Positions 39,524 to 49,043 of a stretch of 64,000 nucleotides of DNA are shown here, piece after piece (position 1 is the first letter of the stretch; every line of letters starts with the position of its first letter). The position numbers and the translations under genes were made by a program. The DNA is from an uncultured bacterium (GTDB taxonomy: Bacteria; Verrucomicrobiota; Verrucomicrobiia; Limisphaerales; UBA8199), in assembly GCA_963749495.1 (NCBI GenBank), contig CAVVMW010000014.1, positions 1 through 64,000 of the forward strand, in the 5' to 3' direction. The notes below the pieces were generated by a model. It saw nothing but the letters and a program-made list of their open reading frames with translations. It had not been told where the DNA came from and did not search any database.

Positions 39524-41098
39524 ATGAATGGTCCTATGACAACCAACAGGAGAATCAAAGTGGCCCTGGTCTATAAGCGCGACAGCCAGGCGGACCAGGA
39601 ATTGGTGGCGTACATCGAAAGCCGGCTCGGGGACAACGGCTGCACCATTTTCACCGACCGTGCCCTGACCGTGGGGATGGATTGGGCCCGCGAGATCGAG
39701 AAGGAAATCCGCTCGGCGGACGCCGTCATGCCGCTGCTCTCGGCTGATTCCATATACAGCGAGATGTTGAGCTTCGAGATCGAGACGGCCCACGAGGCGG
39801 CCCAACTGCAGCAGGGCCGGCCCCGGCTGCTGCCGGTCCGGGTCAACTACACCGGCCCGCTGCCCGAGCCGCTCTCCAGCATCCTGGACCCCATTCAATA
39901 TTTCCTGTGGGAGGGTCCGCAGGACAACCTGGGGCTGGCCACCGAACTGGCGGAGGCGCTCAAGCACCTGCCGGAGCCCGAACCGGCCGGCGCCGCCCAG
40001 CCGGCTCCAACCCGGGGCGCGCCCGCCGCCCCCGCGACACGCCCGCCAGGCAGCCCCGCCGCCACGCCCATCCGCCCGCCCGCCATCGAGGGCATCGGCG
40101 GCGCCGTGCCGCTCCACTCCCAATACTACATCGCGCGCACGGCCGATGCGGACCTGCACGCCTCCATCTCGAAGCAGGACAGCGTCATTCTGCTCAAGGG
40201 CTCGCGCCAGATGGGCAAGACCTCGCTCCTGGCCCGCGGCCTCCAGCACGCCCGCGACCAGGGCCTCAAGGCCGTCTCGACCGACCTGCAAAAATTCAAT
40301 GCCGAGAGTTTCCGCACCTTGGACCGGCTCTACCAGGCCATGGCCGAGTCGATGATCGAACAACTCGAACTGGCTGCATCCCCCGCCCAGTCGTGGGAGC
40401 CCAGGCGCGGGCCTAACGCCAACTTCGAGCGGTTCCTTCGCCGGGAAGTCCTCCTCAAGCTCCCAGCCCCCCTGGTCTGGGGCCTGGACGAGGTGGACCG
40501 TCTCTTCGTGACCCCCTTCGGCACCGATTTCTTCGGCCTGCTCCGCTCCTGGCACAATGAACGCGCCCTGGACCCGACCGGCCCCTGGTCCAAGCTCACC
40601 ATCGCCATCGCCTACGCCACCGAGGCGCGCCTGTTCATCACGGACCTCAACCAGTCGCCGTTCAACATCGGCACGCGCCTGGCGCTGGAGGATTTCACGC
40701 CCCTGCAAGTGGCCGAGGTCAATCGCCGCTATCGCTCCCCGCTCAAGTCCCAGGACGAGCTGACCCGCTTCTATCGCCTGGTCGGCGGCCACCCCTACCT
40801 GGTCCGGCGCGGCCTCCACGAAATCACCACCCGGCGCATCTCCTTCGAGTCCTTCGAAGACCACGCCGCGCGCGACGAGGCCTGTTACGGCGACCACTTG
40901 CGCCGGCTGCTGGTGCTGCTGGTCCGCGACTCGGGCCTGGCCGACGTGATGCGCGCGGTCTTGAACAACCAGCCCTGCCCCACCCCCGAGAGCTTCGACC
41001 GGCTCCGCAGCGCCGGGCTGGTCGTCGGGCGCAACCCCGAGGACGCCCGCCCGCGCTGCCGCCTCTATGCCAGTTACCTGCGCCGGCACCTGCAGTGA
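39524..41098 (+). CDS. TIR domain plus AAA_35 (STAND-like) NTPase
   Basis: TIR: IFTDR..VGMDW..EIEKEIRSAD...LLSADS..SEM..FEI. Pro-rich linker. Walker A GSRQMGKTS, Walker B WGLDEVD, SPFNIG and GGHPYL. Confidence 0.9.
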   Translation: MNGPMTTNRRIKVALVYKRDSQADQELVAYIESRLGDNGCTIFTDRALTVGMDWAREIEKEIRSADAVMPLLSADSIYSEMLSFEIETAHEAAQLQQGRPRLLPVRVNYTGPLPEPLSSILDPIQYFLWEGPQDNLGLATELAEALKHLPEPEPAGAAQPAPTRGAPAAPATRPPGSPAATPIRPPAIEGIGGAVPLHSQYYIARTADADLHASISKQDSVILLKGSRQMGKTSLLARGLQHARDQGLKAVSTDLQKFNAESFRTLDRLYQAMAESMIEQLELAASPAQSWEPRRGPNANFERFLRREVLLKLPAPLVWGLDEVDRLFVTPFGTDFFGLLRSWHNERALDPTGPWSKLTIAIAYATEARLFITDLNQSPFNIGTRLALEDFTPLQVAEVNRRYRSPLKSQDELTRFYRLVGGHPYLVRRGLHEITTRRISFESFEDHAARDEACYGDHLRRLLVLLVRDSGLADVMRAVLNNQPCPTPESFDRLRSAGLVVGRNPEDARPRCRLYASYLRRHLQ

Positions 41099-41227
41099 AA
41101 TGACGAATGACGAATGGACCGAATGCGGAGTGCGGAATGCGGAGTGCGGAGTGTTGCGCTGGGAATGTTGGCTGTGGATTGCGGCGCGGGGAATGACGAA
41201 TGACGAATGACGAATGACGAATGACGA
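41099..41227. repeat. Heptamer arrays (AATGACG)n and (TGCGGAG/A)n; a reverse-complement version lies at 54589-54661
   Basis: Seen directly. Confidence 0.85.
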
Positions 41228-41262
41228 CGGGGGAAACTGCAGACGCGACAAGGTCGGGCACG

Positions 41263-44041
41263 ATGCAGGAGCCAGTTAATGAAATGTCCGGCCCAACGGT
41301 GGCTGGCGGGGACTTTTATGTCACCGGCGGGACACTGCGGCCGGACGCGGCCTGCTACGTGGAGCGGGGCGCAGACAAGGAACTGTGTGAGGGCCTGCTG
41401 CGCGGGGAGTTCTGCTATGTCCTGACCTCACGCCAGATGGGCAAGTCCTCGCTCATGGTGCGCGCCGTCCGGCGGCTGCGCCAGGAGCAGGCGGCCGTGG
41501 CGGTGTTGGACCTGACAGCCATCGGACAGAACCTCACGCTGGAGCAGTGGTATGACGGTCTGCTTTCGCGGTTGGGCCAGCAGTTGGGTCTGGAGGAGGA
41601 GTTGCTGGCCTTTTGCGAGGCTCATGGCGAATGGGGGCCGCTCCAGCGCTGGCTGACCGCCATCGAACAGATCGTGCTCCAGCGCCTGCCGGGCAGGGTG
41701 GTGATCTTCATCGACGAAATCGACGCCGTGCGCAGTCTGCCTTTTTCGACGGATGAGTTCTTCGCGGCGATCCGGGAGTGCTACAATCGGCGGTCGCGCG
41801 AACCGGTCTTCGAGCGTCTGGCCTTCGGCCTGTTGGGCGTGGCGACGCCTAACGACCTGATCCGGGACACGCGGACCACGCCCTTCAACATCGGGCGCCG
41901 GATCGAGTTGAACGATTTCACGCCGCGGGAAGCGGCGCCCCTGGCGCGCGGCCTGGGCACCGACGAGGCCTCGGCGCAGGCGCTGCTCGGGCGCGTCCTC
42001 TTCTGGACCGGGGGCCATCCTTACTTGACACAGCGCCTGTGCCGCTCGCTGGCCGAGGCGCTGCGCCCCGCGGCGGATGAATCGGCCCCCGGCAAGACCA
42101 TCCCGCCCGTCCTGCCCCATGTCGCGGTCGTGGATCGGCTGGCCGCCTATCTGTTCCTCTCGCGCCAGGCCCGCGACCGCGATGACAACCTGATCTTTGT
42201 GCGCGAGCGCATCCTGCGCAGCGAGGTCAATGTGGCGGGCCTGCTCTATCTCTATCGCAAGGTCCGCCTGCGGCAGCGAGTGGCCGATGACGAGACTAAT
42301 CCCCTGGCCAGCGTGCTGCGCCTCTCCGGCATCGTGCGAGGCGTTCACGGGCACCTGGTCGTGCGCAACCGCATCTATGGCGAGGTCTTCGATCAGGACT
42401 GGATCCAGACCAATATGCCCGAGGCGGAGGTGCGGCGGCAGCGCAAGGCGGGGCGCAAGGGCATGGTCTATGGTTTCGGCATCGCCGTCGCGCTCCTGGC
42501 CGGTTATATCGCCTTCGGCCCCATGGTGGGGCGCTACCTGGAGAACCGCGCGGCCCAACGCACCGCGCAGCGCCTCATCGCCACCTACCGCAACATCGGC
42601 GCCTATCAGGACACCTTCTCCAGCACGTTCGACCTGGTCCTGGGCGGCACCATCGTGCCAGTTCGGCTCGGGGTCGCTGATTTTCGAGGCCCCCGACCGG
42701 TTCGATCTGGCCGTCCAGAGCGAGCTCTGCGCCCCAGGCACCCAGTTGCGGCTGCTGCGCGACGGCCCTCGTTGCCGCGCTTATGTCCCTGCCTCGCAGG
42801 AATATGTCGAATATCCCGAGTTCCCCGAGGAACCCTTCCCGCGCGGGCCCTTCCGTGGTTCCCGCCGGCATCCCCCGCCCCCCGTGCCCCCCGGGGCCCC
42901 TGGCCCGTCCGCCCCCTTCGACCTGCCGCCGCAGCTCAGTCGCCTGCTCGGCCCATTGCGCGTGCTGCCCCTCTACCGCCTCTTCCTCGGACCGCAAGCC
43001 CTGGATCGGTTCAACCACGATGCTCGTGACATCCAGTTCGGCGGTCATGCCGACGTCGAGGGTGAGCCGACCTATATCATCCGCTGGAACCACGACGCCG
43101 CCGCGCTGCTGGGCCGGCTTGGCCGGACCGACTCTTCCCTGGAAGGTCAATGGGTCCAGGTCACCGCCTGGGTCAGCAGCGTGAGCCACCTGGTAGTGCG
43201 CATAAAACTGGACCTCTCCCCGTGGGCAAGGCAGTTGCTCCGAGGGCCTGACGAATTGCCGGCCACCGGCCTGACCGTCATCGAGACGCACAAGTACATC
43301 CGCACGCTGGCCACGCCGCCGCTCTCCAACCGCTCACGATTCGAGCCGCCGCGCAACGCCAAGCCGGTGCTCGACGTACTCGACCTGCACTTGCGGGGTC
43401 CCAACCTCGCGGCCCTGGCCTCGCCCGAGCGCCGCTTCTCGGAGCTGATTCCTGCCCGGTTGCCCCAGGCCGGCCCGGACCTGATCGACCTGAGCCAGTA
43501 CTACAATGCGGCGATGGCGCAGACCTGGCACCCGGGCTCCATCTACACGAACAACACCCTGGACGTCCTGCCGTGCGGCCTGCTCCAGATGGGCAACGTC
43601 GCCTTCGACGTGCGCGGCATCGTCCAAATGGCCGGTGGCCGCTTGAAAGACGCCGGCGGCCGTTACCCCGTCGAGATCAACGGGATTACGATCGCCCAAC
43701 GCTGCCGCCTGCTCCACTTCCTCCACGCCTCCGGGTGGCGCTCCCCGGATGGCACGCTCATCGGCTCCTACGTCGTCCATTACGCCAACGGCTCCAAACA
43801 AGTCATCCCCATCGTCTATGGCGAAGATGTCCGTGACTGGGTCTCCGAGAGCGACGATTCGACCAAGGTCAAGCGCGGCGTCCTGGCCTGGAGCGGCCTC
43901 AACCGGGCCGGCTTCCATGTGCGCCTCTTCCGCACAACCTGGGTCAACCCCACGCCCGAGATCGAAATCAATACCATCGACTGCATCTCGAGTCTGGCCG
44001 ATGCCGCCCCCTTCCTCCTGGCCATTACGGCTCAACGGTAG
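41263..44041 (+). CDS. AAA_35 NTPase, TM helix, LolA/DUF2092-like domain and C-terminal beta-sandwich; +1 frameshift near 42662
   Basis: FYVTGGTL, SRQMGKSS, IFIDEID, TPFNIG, TGGHPYLTQ, RNRIY; TM GMVYGFGIAVALLAGYIAFG. The second frame has FEAPDRF, IDLSQYYNA, LHFLHA, YGEDVRDW, WVNP and PFLLAIT. Confidence 0.82.
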
Positions 44042-44408
44042 CAGCCCAGCGCCAACGGCGCGGCCTCATACCTGGGGCAACGCTCTGCCCGCGCGCGTCG
44101 CGCAGCGACGCAGTGGAGGCAGCCGTGGACCGAGGTCCTTGGCATTACCCACATCCTCGGGTGCCCTCATGAAGCGGATCTGATGGGCCTGACGGATCTC
44201 CGAAGCACATTTCTCATCCCGGAGGGATGCCAGAAGGTAGCCGGGGGTCGAAGCGTAGCGAGACCCCCGGTGCCGCGACGGCAAGGGATTGCATCCCGGA
44301 GGGATGCCAGAAGGCGCCCGCCGCCAACGTGTGCTCTTCTGGCACCCCGCCGGGGTGCAGGGCCACCGACGCCCTCAACCGGGGGTCGCCGCTGGACGGC
44401 GACCCCCG
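44042..44408. repeat. REP mosaic; 44125-44408 is a close copy of 19136-19419, cut off by the transposase element
   Basis: Alignment by eye ends at CGACCCCCG, where the element end begins. Confidence 0.88.
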
Positions 44409-44589
44409 TCCGGAGGAGGGGTCAAACCATAACTTTTCACTTTTTGACCTCCTCCGCCTCGGTCTTGCGGCGCAGATACAGCTTGTTGTTCAGGCTCTTC
44501 CAACTGCCCATGTGCAACCGCTCGGCGATTTGGCGGACGGTCAAGGTGGTCTGGCGCCGCAACCGGAGTAAGGGTCAAACCATAACTTT

Positions 44590-45390
44590 TCACTTTTTGA
44601 CCTCCTCCGCCTCGGTCTTGCGGCGCAGATACAGCTTGTTGTTCAGGCTCTTCCAACTGCCCATGTGCAACCGCTCGGCGATTTGGCGGACGGTCAAGGT
44701 GGTCTCGCGCCGCAACCGCGCCGCCAGGGCCAGCTTTGCCGGGTCGCCCTTCAAGTGCCCCTTCAAGTCATCCTGGCTCCATCGCAAACGCTTCAACTCC
44801 TCCGCAACGATGCGCTCCCCTTTGGCTTCGGCGCTCTCACGCCTCAACTTCCCCGAATGCTGATCACTCAGGCGCGCGTCCATCTGCTCCAACAGCTTGG
44901 CGCGGAACTCCTCGCTGCCCAGACACCAGCCGCGCTTTAGTGGTTTCCATTGGGCCGCATCGTCCTCCTCGGTGCGGCGGCGCTCCATCTGCCGCTCAAA
45001 CTGCTCTCGTCCGCAAGCGGTGTCTTTTTGGATCCCGTGTTCGCCCAGCAAGCGGTCCACCCGCATCCAGCCCGGTCGGTGTTCCGCCGCGGCCAAATAC
45101 CAAGCCAAGCTGCTCCAGGGATACTCCAACAAGCGTTCTTCCCTACCCAACAGCCCTGCCCGGACCGGATTCAGATGCACGTAGTCACAGGCCCTGCGCA
45201 GATACCCGTTGCCGCTGCCCTCGACCACAATCGCCTTGTAGCGTCCGCTGAACACGTGACCGGAAAGCTTGTGCCGGCCGTTGAGCCGGATGGTATAGCT
45301 GCTCAGCAGCCAGCGCATTCCCGCCACCAGATTGGCGTTGGGCGTTTCGACGACCAGGTGGAAATGGTTGCGCATCAGACAGTAGGCATG
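44590..45390 (-). pseudogene. 5'-truncated copy of the Y1 transposase (a shorter 3' fragment lies at 44437-44563)
   Basis: Near-identical to 45417-46217 (AAAEH vs AAPEH); lacks the N-terminal about 50 codons. Confidence 0.88.
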
Positions 45391-45416
45391 CGGAGTAAGG
45401 GTCAAACCATAACTTT

Positions 45417-46370
45417 TCACTTTTTGACCTCCTCCGCCTCGGTCTTGCGGCGCAGATACAGCTTGTTGTTCAGGCTCTTCCAACTGCCCATGTGCAACCG
45501 CTCGGCGATTTGGCGGACGGTCAAGGTGGTCTCGCGCCGCAACCGCGCCGCCAGGGCCAGCTTTGCCGGGTCGCCCTTCAAGTGCCCCTTCAAGTCATCC
45601 TGGCTCCATCGCAAACGCTTCAACTCCTCCGCAACGATGCGCTCCCCTTTGGCTTCGGCGCTCTCACGCCTCAACTTCCCCGAATGCTGATCACTCAGGC
45701 GCGCGTCCATCTGCTCCAACAGCTTGGCGCGGAACTCCTCGCTGCCCAGACACCAGCCGCGCTTTAGTGGTTTCCATTGGGCCGCATCGTCCTCCTCGGT
45801 GCGGCGGCGCTCCATCTGCCGCTCAAACTGCTCTCGTCCGCAAGCGGTGTCTTTTTGGATCCCGTGTTCGCCCAGCAAGCGGTCCACCCGCATCCAGCCC
45901 GGTCGGTGTTCCGGCGCGGCCAAATACCAAGCCAAGCTGCTCCAGGGATACTCCAACAAGCGTTCTTCCCTACCCAACAGCCCTGCCCGGACCGGATTCA
46001 GATGCACGTAGTCACAGGCCCTGCGCAGATACCCGTTGCCGCTGCCCTCGACCACAATCGCCTTGTAGCGTCCGCTGAACACGTGACCGGAAAGCTTGTG
46101 CCGGCCGTTGAGCCGGATGGTATAGCTGCTCAGCAGCCAGCGCATTCCCGCCACCAGATTGGCGTTGGGCGTTTCGACGACCAGGTGGAAATGGTTGCGC
46201 ATCAGACAGTAGGCATGGACCTGGAAACCGGTCTTCTGGCAGCACTCGGCCAGCGTCTTGAGAAAGTCCTGCCGGTCCACGTCATCCAGGTAAATGTCTT
46301 CCCGGCGGTCCCCACGGCTCAAGATGTGGTAAATCGCCCCGGGGTATTCGACTCTGATTTGCCGCGGCAT
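45417..46370 (-). CDS. Y1/HUH transposase (RAYT-like) with C-terminal HTH
   Basis: YHILSRG, YCLMRNHFHL (HUH), FSGRYKA, YVHLNPVRAG (catalytic Tyr), YPWSS, and C-terminal TVRQIAERLHMG. Confidence 0.93.
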   Translation of the reverse strand: MPRQIRVEYPGAIYHILSRGDRREDIYLDDVDRQDFLKTLAECCQKTGFQVHAYCLMRNHFHLVVETPNANLVAGMRWLLSSYTIRLNGRHKLSGHVFSGRYKAIVVEGSGNGYLRRACDYVHLNPVRAGLLGREERLLEYPWSSLAWYLAAPEHRPGWMRVDRLLGEHGIQKDTACGREQFERQMERRRTEEDDAAQWKPLKRGWCLGSEEFRAKLLEQMDARLSDQHSGKLRRESAEAKGERIVAEELKRLRWSQDDLKGHLKGDPAKLALAARLRRETTLTVRQIAERLHMGSWKSLNNKLYLRRKTEAEEVKK

Positions 46371-46571
46371 CGGCAACACTCTGCCAGTACCCCTGGCCTC
46401 CCGTCAAGTGAAAAGTTATGGTTTGACCCCTTCATCCGCCGGTCCCCACGGCTCACGATGTGGTAAATCGTCCCGGGGTATTCGACTCTGATTTGCCGCG
46501 GCATCGGCAACACTCTGCCAGTACCCCTGGCATCCCGTCAAGTGAAAAGTTATGGTTTGACCCCTTCATCG

Positions 46572-47972
46572 ATGGAGTTGCTGGCCCCAACGGTGTAGGT
46601 GTTCGTCGGGGTTAGTGTGCAAATGGCTGTCTTGTCAAAATCGAGCCCCGCATCCAGCGGATAAACGTCGAACTCGACGCTTGTTTGGCCTACGCCGATG
46701 ACCAGTGAACCGAGGAGGGGGTCGTAATCCGTCCCGTTGATCGCCGTCCCGCTCATACTGTAGAAGACCGTGAGGTTTGCCGCCTGCACCGGGGACACGA
46801 GGACGTGGAAAAATCCCTTGGTCCAGTCGAGTCCGCCTGGGCTCGACGGTTCAATGGCCACCGTGTTATCATTTTGCTCGAGGGCGAGCGAGACCATGGG
46901 GAGGGTGGGCGGCGAGTTGGTACACTTGCCAGCGGAGCCCGCATTGAAGATGGCTTGGATCTGCCCAGCGGTGAGGGCCTGGTTATAGACCGAAACTTCG
47001 TCGATGCCGCCGTACCACCACCAGCCCTGGCCTGAGCCAGAGGGCCGCGCGCCGAAATAGAGGCCGTAGCCCGGCCCCGTTTGCGGCTGAATGGAGCCGA
47101 CGTGATTGCTGGCGACCTGGAGGCCGTTGAGGTAGATGAAGGCGTTGCTCGAACTCCTATCATAGGTCAGGGCGGCGTGGGACCAGCGCCCCACGGGGAT
47201 GAGCGCGGCGGCGCTACTGATCCAGTGGTTGCCGCCGGCGGTATCAAAGAGATTGGCAAAGAGGCAGCCCGGACCCGTGCCAGCGCCCGGCACGGAAATC
47301 CAGAAATGCGCGCCGTAAGAGTACGTGGGAGGGCCAGAATTCCACTCGATTATCGGGTGCTGGGAAGCGGTGTCGGCGGGGTTGATCCAGGCCTCGAGGG
47401 TCAGGCCGGCCCCGGAGCCTACGTCGAGGGTGGATGAGTAGGGGACGTGGACATAGGAGCCTGCGCCATTGAGGCTGAAGGCAAAGCCGACCTCGCCGGA
47501 GGAGGTGTAAGCGGGCGATCCCTGCCAGGCGGCGTTAGTGTTCAAGCCCTGTTGGTCGGCAGTGTTGTTTTCGGCGCGCCACCAGCTCACCAGGTCGGTG
47601 AGGGGCGCGACGCACAGCGGGGCGGCGAAACACTTGCCCGTGGTCTGGGCGTTGTAGATGGCCTGAATATCCGCGCCGGAGAGCGCGACGTTGTAGAGAG
47701 AGACCTCGTCGATCCCACCACACCAGCGGGCCGCGCCGGAGCCGCAGACGCGGGCGCCAAAATAGAGGTCCACGCCCGTCTTCGGGGTGAAGTTGTGCCC
47801 CAGGGGCGCGTTCGTGGCCAGGCTGCCGTTAAAATAGAGGCACCCAGTGCCATTCGTCTTATCGTACGTGAGGGCCACATGAGACCATTGGAACACGGGG
47901 ACCAGGTTGGCGAGCGTTGCGAAATAGTGACTGTAGCCGCCCGTATCAATGAGATTGGCGAACAGGAACCCG
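46572..47972 (-). pseudogene. Fragment of a LamG (concanavalin A-like) repeat / Calx-beta surface protein, truncated at both ends
   Basis: WSHVALTYD, GGIDEVSLYN and LVSWWRAE LamG repeats; SGTAINGTDY Calx-beta motif. The 3' end runs into the transposon IR, and no start or signal peptide is found upstream. Confidence 0.8.
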
Positions 47973-48314
47973 GCTAAAGCGAAAGCCGGCGGCCCCTCGG
48001 CCTCCGGCCGATTTGCGGGGGGGGGCAGGTTGCCAGGGCGGTGGCAGGAGATTGACGCTGGACCTTCCTTGCGGGATCGAAACCGACAAATCCGAACGCC
48101 CCAACCGACTTATCTCACCTGGGAGAAACATAGACCCACCTGTTACTCTCGGATTAAACCAGACGGGGTACGCGTAGTCAAGAAAACTGAGGTCTGGTTC
48201 GTGAAGTATAAGCAGCGCGCATTCAGGTTGTGATCTCTGGCCGTGTGCGGGAGTTTGTCCCGAATCCTCGAAAGGCATCGAATCGAAGGGCTACGGGGTG
48301 AGCCGGGCGCAGTG

Positions 48315-48580
48315 CGCGCGCGGCCTCATACCAAGCGTGGGGCAACGCCCGGCCCACCCGGAGGGTTGGCAGAAGGTAAGCCGGGGGTCGCCGCCCTCCG
48401 GCGACCCCCGGTCGAGTGCGTCGAGGGCCCTGCACCCCGGCGGGGTGCCAGAAGAGCACACGTGCGCGGAGGGCGCCTTCTGGCATCCCTCCGGGGTGCA
48501 ATCCCTTGCCGCCGGGGCTCCGGGGGTCTCGCTACGCTTCGACCCCCGGCTTACCTTCTGGCATCCCCCCGGGATGAGAA
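48315..48580. repeat. REP cluster, family B, inverted relative to 44216-44408
   Basis: Same palindromic units. Confidence 0.85.
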
Positions 48581-48871
48581 ACGGGAAGAAATCTGTCGTG
48601 CGCCCTTGAACATCCTGGCCGGCTTCGTGTCGAAAGGTTCAGCAGCACTACAAGCCGCAGCCAGCCAGGGCGAGCCAGGATGACACACCCGGTTGCCGCA
48701 AAACGGGCCGGCCCTGGCGGAAGAAGCTTCGATCTTTTTTTGGTGTCAACCCGGCGCCGGTTCTATACCATCAGAGCAGAAACAATGTGATGAAGAGCAT
48801 GGTCATTCCGGGGTCCGACCCCGCCCGCCAGGTTCAGCGGCCCGGCTGGAAAGGGCCTCGGCCCGGCCTGA

Positions 48872-48961
48872 GAGCGCGTCTGAAAAGGGGTGGCACGGGC
48901 GTCTCGCCCGCGAGAGACAGGGGCGGGACGCCCCTGCCACAGAGGCTTTTCAGACACGTTC
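48872..48961. mobile_element. 90-bp MITE-like element containing a REP-like doublet
   Basis: TIR GAGCGCGTCTGAAAAG / CTTTTCAGACACGTTC (14/16), flanked by TGA direct repeats at 48869-48871 and 48962-48964. Confidence 0.6.
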
Positions 48962-49043
48962 TGAGAGGCACGGGCCCCGGAGGCCGGGACATTCGCCTTG
49001 CCCCCGCGAGGCGCGCAATCAACAAACTCACAGTGCCAACAGC

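Larger units (their letters stand above)
44411..46571 (-). mobile_element. Nested Y1/HUH transposase element: three downstream ends, two upstream ends, one full and three partial gene copies
   Basis: IR (G)GGGTCAAACCATAACTTTTCACTT at 44418, 44572 and 45399; its complement at 46406-46430 and 46540-46564. Confidence 0.9.

Noticed and set aside
44411..46571. Tn3-family transposon, suggested by GGGG ends
   Set aside because: No DDE transposase or resolvase, no 5-bp TSD, and the IR is shorter than typical; the enclosed gene is HUH/Y1.
48693..49043. N-terminal extension of the DUF2723 ORF
   Set aside because: It runs through a MITE and low-complexity sequence; the ATG at 49044 or 49050 is more plausible.
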